Shown: positions 25,956-38,190 of the stretch, in pieces
Layout of the letters: every line of letters starts with the position of its first letter
Numbering within the stretch: the stretch's first letter is position 1
Source: Raja brachyura
Taxonomy: Eukaryota
Length of the DNA: 64,000 bases
NCBI GenBank assembly: GCA_963514005.1
Contig: OY740797.1
Coordinates: 24,676,001 to 24,740,000, forward strand
Direction: 5' to 3'
Translations under genes and position numbers: made by a program
The notes under the pieces: model-generated
Database searches by the model: none
What the model was told of the DNA's origin: nothing
The model's input: the letters and a program-made list of their open reading frames with translations, nothing else

Positions 25956-27686
25956 CCTCTCTCTCTCTGCCTATCCATACATAATCTATCTATACATAAC
26001 TAAAACTCTGATCTTGTGCTCTTCCGGTTTGCACATTTTTTTTCTATTTGTGCATAAACGGTACTCAATAGCGCTACGATTTTTGCCACCTCACTCACCG
26101 TTCTCCTGTGTTGCGAGTGCAACAGGTTTCGTTCCGATTGGTGGTTTACTGTAAAAGTAAGCGAGGTTTAAAATCTTAAAATTCGTCTCTTCTCCTGTAA
26201 CTCTCCGGGACGGTCCACCCCTTCCTGTGCCATCACGTCTTTACTGGAGCTGAGGGACGCTGTGGGTGACCGGCGGAAGTCTCGAACCAGACATAATTTT
26301 CGGAGGGACCGGAAGCGGCCCGTCCTGCCCCGGGAGATGTCGCCAAACGGAAAGTGGAGAATCTAATCCCGGTGGAGGATAACGTCCAGTGCGCGCTGTG
26401 AGTCCCAAATGCACCGCCATCATAATGCCCGCCATCAAGCCCTGCAGCTCCAGCCCCTTCCCCTCTGGTCCCCCTCGCTGACTCCAGCCCCACTCCCCCG
26501 TGATACTCCCCTCTCCCCCATGGCTCTTCCCATGTCTTTTCTCCGAGCTCTCCACCCTCCCCTCCCCAGCCCCCCCCCCCCCCCCCCACCCCGGCCACAC
26601 GCTGGCGTGGCCGTAGCTGCTGGTGCTTCCGGGCCAAGCCGAGGGTCCACACCAACGGCTGATGCTCCTCCGGGGCATGCAAAAAGTGAGAGGAGCGACA
26701 ACCTCAAGATCCTGGGGAGGGAGAGTGGGGGAGGAGATGGGATAGAGGGAGAGAAGGGAAGTAGGGATGGGGAGGAGTTATCGAGGGACTGAGGATAGGG
26801 GAAAGGAGAGGTGAGGGAGGAATTGGGGAGGGTAGGAATAGACCATTTGGCACTTCGAGCCAGCACTGTCATTCAATGTGATCATGGATGATCATCCCCA
26901 ATCAAACCCCGTTCCTGCCTTCTCCCCATATCCCCTGACTGCTATTTTTAAGAGCCCTATCTAGCTCTCTCTTGAAAGCATCCAGAGAACCTGCCTCCAC
27001 CCCGCTCTGAGGGAGAGAATTCCACAGACTCACCGCTCTCTGTGAGAAAAAGTGTATCCTCGTCTCCATACTAAATGGCTTACTTCTTATTCTTAAACTG
27101 TGGCCCCTGGTTCTGGACTCTCCCAACATCGGGAGCATGTTTCCTGCCTCTAGCGTATCAAACCCTTAACAATCTTAAATGTTTCAATAAGATATCCTCA
27201 CAACCTTCTAAACGCCAGAGTGTACAAGCCCAGCCGCTCCATTCTCTTGGCATATGACAGTCCCGGGAATTAACCTTGTAAACCTACACTGCACTACCTC
27301 AATAGCAAGAATGTCCTTCCACAAATTAGTGGACCAAAACTGCACACAATACTCCAGGTGTGGTCTCACTGGGCCCCTGTACTACTGCAGAAGGACCTCT
27401 TTGCTCCTATACTCGACTCCTCTTGTTTTAAAGGCCAACATGCCATTCGCTTTCTTCACTGCCTGCTGTACCTGCATGCTTACTTTCATAGACTGATGAA
27501 TAAGGACCCCCAGATCCCATTGTACTTCCCCTTTTCCCAAATTGACGCCATTTAGATAGTAATCGTTTGGTAGTTTTTGATACCAAAGTGGCTAACCTCA
27601 CATTTTTCAACATTAAACTTCATTTGCCATGCATCTGCCCACTCCCCCAACCTGTCCAAGTCAACCTGCATTCTCAAAGCATCCTC

Positions 27687-29513
27687 ATAGAAACATAGAA
27701 ACATAGAAATTAGGTGCAGGAATAGGCCATTCGGCCCTTCGAGCCTGCACCGCCATTCAATATGATCATGGCTGATCATCCAACTCAGTATCCCGTACCT
27801 GCCTTCTGTCCATACCCTCTAATCCCCTTAGCCACAAGGGCCACATCTAACTCCCTCTTAAATATATCCAATGAACTGGCCTCAACTACCCTCTGTGGCA
27901 GAGAGTTCCAGAGACCCACCACTCTCTGTGTGAAAAAATTCCTTCTCATCTCGGTCCTAAAGGATTTCCCCCTTATCCTTAAGCTGTGACCCCTTGTCCT
28001 GGACCTCCCCAACATCGGGAACAATCTTCCTGCATCTAGCCTGTCCAACCCCTTAAGAATCTTGTAAGTTTCTATAAGATCCCCTCTCAATCTCCTAAAT
28101 TCTAGAGAGTATAAACCGAGTCTATGCAGTCTTTGTTCATAAGACAGTCCTGACATCCCAGGAATCAGTCTGGTGAACCTTCGCTGCACTCCCTCTATGG
28201 CAATAATGTCCTTCCTCAGATTTGGAGACCAGAACTGTACGCAATACACCAGGTGCGGCCTCACCATGACCCTATACAACTGAAGTAGAACCTCCCTGCT
28301 CCTACACTCAAATCCTTTTGCTATGAAAGCTAACATACCATTGGCTTTCTTCACTGCCTGCTGTACCTGCATGCCTACTTTCAATGACTGGTGTACCATG
28401 ACACCCAGGTCGCGCTGCATCTCCCCTTTTCCTAATCGGCCACCATGTAGATAGTAGTCGGTTTTCCTATTTTTGCCACCAAAGTGGATAACCTCACATT
28501 TATCCACATTATACTGCATCTGCCAAACATTTGCCCACTCACCCAGCCTATCCAAGTCACCTTGCATTCTCCTAGCATCCTCCTCACAGCTAACACTGCC
28601 ACCCAGCTTAGTGTCATCCGCAAACTTGGAGATATTGCCTTCAATTCCCTCATCCAGATCATTTATGTATATTGTAAATAGCTGGGGTCCCAGCACTGAG
28701 CCTTGCGGTACCCCACTAGTCACTGCCTGCCATTGTGAAAACGACCCGTTAACTCCTACTCTTTGCTTCCTGTTTGCCAGCCAGTTCTCTATCCACATCA
28801 ATACTGAACCCCCAATGCCATATGCTTTAAGTTTATATACTAATCGCTTATGTGGGACCTTGTCGAAAGCCTTCTGGAAGTCCAGATACAGCACATCCAC
28901 TGGTTCTCCCCCATCCACGCTACTAGTTACATCCTCGAAAAATTCCACAAGATTCGTCAGACATGATTTACCTTTCGTAAATCCATGCTGACTTTGTCCA
29001 ATGATTTTACCTCTTTCCAAATGTGCTGCTATCCCATCTTTAATAACTGACTCTAGCAGTTTCCCCACTACCGATGTTAGACTAACTGGTCTGTAATTCC
29101 CCGTTTTCTCTCTCCCCCCCTTCTTAAAAAGAGGGGTTACGTTTGCTACCCTCCAATCCTCAGGAACTACTCCAGAATCTAAAGAGTTTTGAAAGATTAT
29201 CACTAATGCATCCACTATTTCCGGAGCTACTTCCTTAAGTACTCTGGGATGCAGCCTATCTGGCCCTGGGGATTTATCGGCCTTTAATCCATTCAATTTA
29301 CCCAACACCACTTCCCGACTGACCTGGATTTCACTCAAGTACTCCTTTGACCTGCGGTCCCCTGCTATTTCCGGCAGATTATTTATGTCTTCCTTAGTGA
29401 AGACGGAACCAAAGTAGTTATTCAATTGGTCCGCCATATCCTTGTTCCCCATGATCAACTCACCTGTTTCTGACTGCAAGGGACCTACATTTGTTTTAAC
29501 TAATCTCTTCCTC
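27687..29513 (-). mobile_element. Young 5'-truncated CR1 LINE nested in the older CR1
   Basis: A (catagaaa)n tail starts at ~27687. The host CR1 sequence gcatcctc|ctcacagttcacact is split around it. Confidence 0.9.
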
Positions 29514-29518
29514 CTCAC
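27785..29518 (-). CDS. CR1 ORF2 reverse-transcriptase fragment (577 aa, uninterrupted, N-terminally truncated)
   Basis: Motifs KSPGPD, NYRPVSLTS, QHGF, YLDFQKAFDKV, GVPQGSVLGP, KFADDTK and RDLGV. There are no stops, but the true start and the endonuclease are absent. Confidence 0.85.
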   Translation of the reverse strand: MRRKRLVKTNVGPLQSETGELIMGNKDMADQLNNYFGSVFTKEDINNLPEIAGDRRSKEYLSEIQVSREVVLGKLNGLKADKSPGPDRLHPRVLKEVAPEIVDALVIIFQNSLDSGVVPEDWRVANVTPLFKKGGREKTGNYRPVSLTSVVGKLLESVIKDGIAAHLERGKIIGQSQHGFTKGKSCLTNLVEFFEDVTSSVDGGEPVDVLYLDFQKAFDKVPHKRLVYKLKAYGIGGSVLMWIENWLANRKQRVGVNGSFSQWQAVTSGVPQGSVLGPQLFTIYINDLDEGIEGNISKFADDTKLGGSVSCEEDARRMQGDLDRLGEWANVWQMQYNVDKCEVIHFGGKNRKTDYYLHGGRLGKGEMQRDLGVMVHQSLKVGMQVQQAVKKANGMLAFIAKGFECRSREVLLQLYRVMVRPHLVYCVQFWSPNLRKDIIAIEGVQRRFTRLIPGMSGLSYEQRLHRLGLYSLEFRRLRGDLIETYKILKGLDRLDAGRLFPMLGRSRTRGHSLRIRGKSFRTEMRRNFFTQRVVGLWNSLPQRVVEASSLDIFKRELDVALVAKGIRGYGQKAGTGY

Positions 29519-32500
29519 AGTTCACACTGCCACCCAGTTTTGTGTAATCTGCAAATTTGCTAATGTTACTTTGAATCTCTTCATCCAAATCATTGATGTT
29601 TATTGTAAATAGCTGCGGTCCCAGCACCGAGCTTTGTGGTACCCAACTAGACACTGCCTGCCATTCTGAAAGGGACCTGTTAATCCTTACTCTTTGTTTC
29701 CTGTCTGCCAACCAATGTTCTATCCATGTCAGCACTGTACCCCCTATACCATGTGTCCTATTTTTGCCCACTAATCTCCTATGTGGGACCTTATCAAATG
29801 CTTTCTGAACGTCCAGCTACACTACATCCACTGGTCCTCCCTTGTCCATTTTCCTAGTTACATCCTCAAAATATTCCAGAAGATTAGTCAAGCATGATTT
29901 CCCCTTCGTAAATCCATGCTGACTCGGACCGATCCTGTTACTGCTATCCAAATGTGCGGCTATCTCATCTTTTATAATTGACTCCAGCATCTTCCCCAGC
30001 ACCGATGTCAGGCTAACTGGTCTATAATTCCCTGTTTTCTCTCTCCCGCCTTTCTTAAAAAGTCAGATAACATTAGCTACCCTCCAATCCACAGGAACTG
30101 ATCCTTAGTCTATAGAACATTGGAAAATTATCACCAATGCATCCATGATTTCTAGAGCCACTTCCTTAAGTACCCTGGGATGCACACCATCAGGCCCAGG
30201 GGATTTATCAGCCTTCAGTCCCATCAGTCTACCCAACACCATTTCCTTCAGTTCCTCCGTCACCCCAGATCCTCTGGGCACTACTATATCAGGAAGATTG
30301 TTTGTGTCCTCCCTAGTGAAGACAGATCCAATGTACCTGTTCAACTCCTTTTCCTTGTTCCCCATAATAAATTCACCATTTTGGTCTTCAAGGGTCCAAC
30401 TTTGGTCTTAACTAATACATTCCTCTTCACATACCTAAAGAAGCTTTTACTATCCTCCTTTATATTCTTGGCTAGCTTACCTTCATACCACATCTTTTCT
30501 CCCCGTCTTATCTTTTTAGTTATCTTCTGTTGCTCTTTAAACATTACCTAATCCTCTTGCTTCCCGCTCATCTATGCTACGTTGTACTTCACTTTAATTT
30601 TTATACTGTCCCTGACGTCCCTTGTCTGCCATGGTCGTCCCTTTCTCCCCTTGGAATCTTTCTTCCTCCTAGGAATTAACTGATCCTGAACCTTCTGTAT
30701 TATTCCTAGAAATACCTGTCATTTTTGTTCCACTGTCATCTCTGTTTGTGTATTTTTTCAATCAACTTTGGCCAGCTCCTCCCTCATGGCCCCATAGTCC
30801 CCTTTATCCAACTGCAACACTGACACCTCCGATTTACTCTTCTCCCTCTCCAATTGTAGATTAAACCTGACCATGTTATGGTCACGACCTCCTAATGCCT
30901 TATTAACCTCAAGGTCCTTTATCAAATCCAGAATTGCCTTCTCCCTGGTAGGCTCCAACACAAGCTGCTCTAAGAATCGATGTGAAGGCACTCAACAAAG
31001 TCTCTTTCTTGGGGTCCAGTACCAACCTGATTTTTTCAGTCTATCTGCATGTTGAAATCTCCCATAACAACACAGCATTACCTTTGCTACATGCCAATTT
31101 TAACTCCTGATTCAACTTGCACCCTATGTCCAGGCTCCCGTTTGGGGGCCTGTAGATAATTCCCATCAGGGTCTTTTTACCCTTACATTTCCTTAGTTCT
31201 ATCCATACTGACTCCACATCTCCTGTTCCAATGTCACCCCTTGCAAGGGACTGAATTTCATTCCTTACCAACAGAGCTACGCCACCCCCTCTGCCCACCC
31301 GTCTGTCTTTTCGATAGGAGGTATACCCTTGGATATTCAGTTCCCAGCCCTGGCCCTCTTGCAGTCATGTCTCTGTAATTCCCACAACATCATACTTGCC
31401 AATTTATAACTGAATAGAGGGAGAGGAGGGCAGTGGGGGACGTGAGGAGGGATAGTGTGGGGGATTGGGCAGGTGAGGAGTGAGGGAGGTGTAGGATAGA
31501 GGGATAAGAGGGGGTAGGGAGGGGAGAGGTTATGGAGGAAGGGGGAGTGACTGAGGGTAGGGGAAAGGAGAGGGAGAGATAGGTGAGGGGGGGATTGGTG
31601 GAGGGTAGGAGGAGAGGGGAAAGAAGAGGGATGGGGAGAGAGTGCTAGGGTTGAGGGGAAATGAACTGCGCCTGTGCAGTTGGGGGTTATGGGTGAGTGG
31701 TGGAATATTGTGTTGGGGGACCAAGCCACCTGTATGAAAGGGACCCATCGGGTCCCACTTAGTCTAGTTTTATTTAAAGGCAGACCTGGTTCAAGAAGTG
31801 AATTGGTCTTCACCTCCTATTTCTTATGTTATGTTGCCAGGATTTGAGGACCTGAGCTTTAAGAAGGTATAAGGAGAGGTTGGACACGGTAGTTTTGGAA
31901 TCCTCTGAGCATAGGATGATGAAAGGTGTATAAGATCATGAAGGGAACAGGATTGATGCACATAGTCTTTTACTCAGAGCAGAGGACAGACAACTTTTTC
32001 ACACTGAGAGTGTTGGATATATAGAATGAGCTGCGGAGGAGGCAGTGGAATCAGAAAATATAACAACATTTAAGAGACTTTTGGATAAGCACATGGATTG
32101 GAATGGTTAGGAGGGATATGGGTCAAAGATAGGTGGGACTAGTGCAGGTGGGGTACATTGGTTGGCAGGGACAAGCTGGGTCAAAGGACCGCTTTCCATC
32201 CTGTATGACACTATATATTCCTGAGACACAATCTCCCTTGTACAAAACCAATCTTTAATCAGCCCATCTTTCTAAATGCATGTATATCTTATCTCTCAGA
32301 ATTCTCTCCTGCAAATTTCCTGCCAAGAATGTTACACTTAACATGTCTGTAGCTGAACAATATATTGAACAATTCAATAAAAAGGATCGGGAATATTTAC
32401 AAGCAGGAAATCCTGTATGAAAGAAGCAAAGGATCACCAAGGACTGAGTGGAAGTCAGCACTGCAGATCGGAAGTTCTACAATAAGTGTGCTCTTGCATG

Positions 32501-32599
32501 TGTGTATTTTTATCTGTGTTGGGAAAGGCGGGAACTTGAACTACAAAAGCGCTCTGGTTGACTACTCCAAAGTGGAGATAAGCTACAAAAAGATAGGAA

Positions 32600-35500
32600 T
32601 TTTACTTCGGAGTCACGTGAGTGACTACGTGAAGAAGCCCCGCCTGGCGCTGGATCGGCATTACGTCGACGCTATCGGCAGAGAAAGAGCTGCAGAGCGC
32701 AGCTCCAACACAGCGGTAAGGAAACAGCCCGCAGGTAAGTAAAATTATTTTACTTCCAGGGCGTTTTCTAAAAACTCCGTAGGCTGGTAGGTAAACCAGG
32801 AGGAGTTAAAATAAAAATAAAAATGTTTTAAATAATCGCGGGTAAAACGTGCGTCCCGGGGTGTAGAAAAGTCGGGACAGCAGATTATTGCGGAGCCGGT
32901 TCCGATACTGGTGGCCGATTGAAATACCCGTTAGTGAGCCTTTGGTTGCTCCACAAACAAAACTTGAAAACCCAGTGCCTAAAAAGTAAAAGAAAGAAGC
33001 TTGAAAGGCCTGAGGTTCTGAAAGATCCTGAAAGGAAAGGCTTTGGCTAAAGTATGGATCTAATGGAGAAAATACTCCAAACAATATCAACCAAGGGTCT
33101 AAGTACCCAGAATATTCCCAGGCAGCCCCTGAGGGGGTTCCATATACATGAATATGGTGCCAGTTTGAATTGGGAATTAAAACTCCAGTGCCTGGGATTG
33201 GGCTGGAGGAAGTCTCCTTGAACAAGTTTCAGGAGTACCAGGGCTGTATGAGACTGACCCTGAAAGTGGTGTTTGTGGTCAGAAGTACCCACCACAATAC
33301 AAATCCAGGTGTGTCTGATGCGGCACAAAGTTTACTATACCTGGAGGAGGCGGTGAGGCCATGGAAGGAAACCTGGCGGCCAATGTTAATTATATGGCCT
33401 CTCACCTGCCTCAAAAAAGCTGTTATGGTTGAGACAGCAAATTTGGATTTAAACACCTATTTATTGTGGTCAGAAGTACCCACCACAATACAAATCCAGG
33501 TGTGTCTGATGGGGCACAAAGTTACTATACCTGGAGGAGGCGGTGAGGCCATGGAATGAAACCTGGCGGCCAATGTTAATTATATGGTCTCTCACCTGCC
33601 TCAAAAAAGCTGTTATGATTAAGACAGCAGATCGGATTAAAACACCTATTATTGTACCTCAAAGAAGGTACCTATGGTGAATCCGGCTTTTTTGGGCGCC
33701 AATGTCAGCAATAATGCGGGCGCAGGAATTACGATTCAAAGAATCCTCAAGCTAATTTTGGCATCACTGTCTTTTGGAAGACAAGCTGGAAGGTTGTGGA
33801 ATGACCAAAGTTCAGAATAAAAAGCATATGTTGGGCTTATTCTGCAACTCATTTTGAGATAAAATATATCAAATGGAAGATTGCCATTCGGCCTCTTTTA
33901 CATCCAAGTTTTCAGAGTTGTGCAGGGCAAGCAATGTTGAAGCTCTTGGTTATTTGTTCAGAGGAAGTCTAAACAAATTAAAGAAATGGATGAAAAGGCA
34001 AAAACTGTTGGCCTTGTGAAACCCTTCAGTTTGGCCAGAAAGGCTGGTCATATGAGAAGGGGATTTGATTTTGGAGCTTGAACGAGCCGAGGAGAGTATG
34101 ATAAGGAAGAATTACCAGCCAGCACAGCCGAATGTACACCCATTTATTGGGAAAGGAGATCATTTTGTCACAGTTGGAGAGGTACAAAAAACGTTATCCT
34201 ATTAAAGAAGGATGATTGGATGAACCTCAGATTGGTGGTAGACTCCGAATGTTTATAATGAAAGCGAGGTATGGATCCATTGGGACACAATAAGCCTAAT
34301 CATTCTTTGATGTTCAGTCTTGAAAGTATTAAAATTGACAAAAGAGGTTAAGTATTTATGTGAGAAAGGAGTTATTGAGAAAACAGGAGAGGATCCACAA
34401 CAATTGTATCAAATTTCCCCAGACCGAAGAAAGATGGGGGTTGTAGAATCAATTTAGATCTCACACAATTGAATACATTTGTCCAGTATAAACATTTTAA
34501 AATGGACACATTCAACACTGCAATGCAGCTGGTATCAACAGGTTGTTATATGGCTACAATAGATTGAAGGATGCATATTTTCGGTCCCAATTCACCATAG
34601 TTTCGCAGGTAATTAAAGTTTATGGATGGGACAGCTGTGGCAATATAAAGCTTTGCCTAATGGATTAAGCCAGCACTTGCACTGCTAAGGGCACAAAAAA
34701 AAAATAAACACATCGTTATGGCTTATCTAGATGACATGTTAATTGTCAATGCTAATCAGGAGTCAGCTGGAAAATCAGTCTCAGCAACTACAAGTTTGTT
34801 TGAGAAGTTGGGTTCCTGATCCATCCAACAAATCTAAGTTACAGCCATCCCAAACCATTGAATATCTGGGGTTGTGATTAACTCAGTTACCATGTTGGTA
34901 ACTTTACCAATGGATAAGGTGTTGGATTTGACAAATGATGTGTCAGAACCTGATTAACAAACCTTATCCCTCCATCCGAGAGATTGCCAAGGTTATTGGT
35001 AAATTGGTAGCCGCATTCCAGCAGTAGAGTTGGTCGTCTACATTACCAAAATCTTCAAAGGGCAAAATTCAAGTGCTTATTCAGCGAGCAGGCCATTTTG
35101 ATAGGCCAATGCAATTGCCTAAGGAAGCTTATCAGAATTACATTGGTGGATTGAGTATGTTCCATAAGCTGCTAAGAACATTTAGTTCATCAACCAGCAG
35201 TGTTTTTGCAAACTAAAAAAGACGCAAGTTCTCCCGGATGGGAGGCTACGGATAATGAGACCAGCTGTGGAGGCAGATGGGCTGTCCAAGAGGATTTTTG
35301 CTCCAAACATATGGTATTAAATATTGGAGCTACTGGGAGCATTTATGGATTAAAAGCTTATTGCTCTTCATTAAAGATTTGCATGTCCAAGTACAAATAG
35401 ATAATACCACAGCTGTGGTATATATCAATCACATGGGTGGTGTCAGATCAATATCATGTGATCATCTGGTAAACCAGATGTGGCAATGGTGTATGGCAGA

Positions 35501-37560
35501 AAATAAAAATAAATAAAATATTGGATTTCAGCTATTTATCTCTTGGGGAGAGACAATGTTGTGGCAGACAAAAGATCACGAATATTTAAAGACAATACAG
35601 AATCGATGTTAAATCCACAAATTTCAAAAATATTGTCAGCCGGTATGGAGTACCGGACATTGATCTGTTTGCATCTAGATTGAATCACCAATTGCCCAAA
35701 TACGTGTCTTGGGAACACGATCCAGGGGCAGTAGCGGTGGATGCTTTCTCGCTACACTGGGGGAATATGTTCTTTTATGCTTTTCCCCATTCTGTCTCAT
35801 TGGGCTATGTCTCAAGAAAATAGCGCAAGACGCTGCCAAAGGCATTTTGGTGGTGCCAAATTGGCCCACGCAGTCATGGTTCCCATTGATGCTAAAATGA
35901 TTTTGAACCATGTATGACAATTCCCAGTTGCGACAAACTGTTGACACAACCAGTAACAAAAGAAATTCATCCACTGCATGATCATATGAATTTGTAAATC
36001 TGCAGGTTCTGACCAGACCGTTGCAAGAGTTTGAACTGTCGGACAGGACCATGGATGTTATAGATGCAGCTTGGAGGAATAGCACTAAAAAATGTCACAT
36101 ATAAGAAAATGGGAAGTTTTTGTACACTGTCAAAGATATCTTATCATACTGCAAACATTCAAATGTATTGGAGTTCCTTGCTGGGTTACACTTTGATGAG
36201 CATTTGAGTTATAGTGCCATTAATTGCGCTCGTAGTGCATTGTCATCCTATTTAGGACAAATTTCGGATCGGGATTCAGTTGGGTCTCACCCATTAGTAA
36301 CCCGATTCATGAAAGGAATTTTCAATAAAAATCCTCCCAAGCCCAGATATACAGAAATTTGGGACGTTAGCATTGTTCTCACTTTGCTTAAACGATGGAC
36401 TCCAATTAATTCAATGTTTTGCAGAAATTAACATTCAAGGTGGTAATGTTAATGGCATTGGTATCAGCTCAAAGAGTACAAACTTTGCAATTGTTACGTT
36501 TGAATTGCATGCATATGACTACAGATAACATTGTGTTTTATGTTTATGACTTGATCAAACAAAGCAGACCAGGAAGAACTGGAATGAAGGTAATGTTTAA
36601 AGCATATCCTATTGATGGAACATTGTGTGTAGTTAAGCATTTAACTCAATACATTGAGGTAACCAAAAATCTCAGAGGTTCTGAGAAAGCGTTATTGATA
36701 ACACACAAAAAGCCACATACAAAAGTTTCAGTTCAAACCATTTCTAGATGGTTAAAACAGGTTTTGGGTCTAGCAGGAATAGACACTGATGTGTTTAAAT
36801 CTCACCCCACTAGGGCGGCAGCTACGTCCATGGCAAAGGTAAAGGACGTACCAATCGATCAAATTTTAAAGGCCGCAGGGTGGTCTAGAGAAGAGATTTT
36901 TCAAAGTTCTACAATAACCTGTTGTCACGGTGCCAGGATTTGGACACGCAGTACTGGGTTCTCTCTAAATGCTTGCTTTGTTTTATATTATCGATTTATA
37001 TTATCGATTTATGTTACCATTGACATCATTTATCAATTTATTTTGTAATTTTCCCCTGCGATAGAGGGGTTATTATTAAAAAGTTGTTCTTTTTATGATT
37101 AAAAGATTTATTACATAAATTGTAACAATGTCTTAAAATACTATTTACTCACTACTGTTTTGACTAAACAGAGAGTCGTATGAAATGAATTTACGACATA
37201 AAAAACACAGAGCTTTAAAATCTTCACGTAGTCACTCACGTGACTCCGAAGTAAAATAGTGAGATTAAATGAGAACTTACCTGTTCGAAGTTTGATCTTT
37301 ATTTTATGAGGAGTTACGATGAGGGATTACGTGCCCTCCACTCCCAACCCTCATAATGTAAATGATCATCTGGTAGTTCTAGTCTATTTTGAGCCTTACT
37401 ATTTTACTTCGGCTATTGGTTCTGTGTTTTTCATGCCGCTGCTTTGAAGTATGCCGATCCAGCACCAGGCGGGGCTTCTTCACGTAATCCCTCATCGTAA
37501 CTCTTCATAAAATAAAGATCAAACTTCGAACAGGTAAGTTCTCGTTTAATCTCACTATTT
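32600..37560 (+). mobile_element. Full-length but decayed DIRS1-like tyrosine-recombinase retrotransposon
   Basis: The left ITR (32600-32660) is inverted relative to 37452-37486. The ICR (37221-37333) is complementary to both termini. Remnants include RT YLDD (34724-34735), RNase H (DASSPGW; VQIDNTTAVVYINHMGG), an MT-like domain (PDIDLFASRLN...DAFSLHW...YAFP) and YR (SAQRVQTL, KQSR, SHPTRAAATS, AGWS). Confidence 0.93.
36120..36920 (+). pseudogene. DIRS tyrosine recombinase remnant (frameshifted)
   Basis: ORFs 36120-36431 and 36419-37048 contain LSYSAINCARSALS, HPLVTRFMKG, PRYTEIWDV and the catalytic R...K...HxxR...W residues. The terminal Tyr is lost to a frameshift. Confidence 0.85.
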
Positions 37561-37899
37561 CATGTCACAACCACTCTCACCTTGCAAGCTTAAGGATCAT
37601 TCCAGGTTGTTGCTCTTGATCTCTGCCGCTGCTCATAATTTGGTACTCGCTGCTGCATTACTGAGGTTGCCTAACCCAGGCTCAAAGAAAGGAGACAACA
37701 GGCTTCGCCATCAGCCCACAGAGGCAGGGAAATTTACATGCCTGCATCGCAGGCATCCTAAAGGCAACATTCAGAGTTAACAATTTTGCTCTCACTGAAA
37801 ACTTCCTGAGAGCATCCCACTGTGGGCAACACCACCACAGTCGGCCACATATCAAATAATGACAATAAAAAAGAGATAGTGAACAACCAGAGGAAGTGA

Positions 37900-38190
37900 A
37901 GTGGTATACACTGATGGTGCCAAAGTAGAGATGGTTGAAAGCTTCAGGTTTCTAGGAGTAAATATCATTAGCAACTTGTCCTGGACTAGCCATATCAAAG
38001 CCACGGGCAAGAAAGCACACCAAAGCCTCTACTTCCTCAAAAGGCTTAGGAAGTTCAGCACATCCTCAACAATTCTCACCAACCTCAACAGATGTGCCGT
38101 AGAAAGCATATTATCGGGATATATTACAGCATTGTTTGGGAACAGCTCCTCCAAGCTCCTCCCAAAAATTGCAGAGAAATGTAGATGCAG
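37900..38190 (+). mobile_element. Rex1/Babar-like LINE RT fragment
   Basis: Translates to VESFRFLGVNIISNLSWTSHI...KKAHQSLYFLKRLRKF...AVESILS. Confidence 0.7.

Larger units (their letters stand above)
26843..31411 (-). mobile_element. CR1 LINE (EN-RT region, decayed), host to a younger CR1
   Basis: EN remnants GGGVALLV, ESVWIEL and IYRPPN, and RT remnants with frameshifts. It is flanked by gaataga at 26836-26842 and 31412-31418. Confidence 0.9.
25985..31767 (+). mobile_element. Non-autonomous Helitron interrupted by nested CR1 LINEs
   Basis: The 5' end is A|TCTATCTATACATAACTAAAA. The 3' end has a hairpin GGGACCC-ATC-GGGTCCC (31740-31756), a 7-nt spacer and CTAG|T (31764-31767). It sits between A and T with no TSD. 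Homologous purine-rich blocks on both sides of the CR1 insert show continuity. Confidence 0.75.

Noticed and set aside
26233-26872. Overlapping GC-rich ORFs of 127-149 aa
   Set aside because: They arise from stop-poor GC/polypurine sequence inside the Helitron and contain no Rep/helicase motifs.
36120-37048. Phage integrase or bacterial contamination
   Set aside because: The recombinase lies inside a DIRS element with RT, RNase H, ITRs and an ICR, in a vertebrate repeat context.
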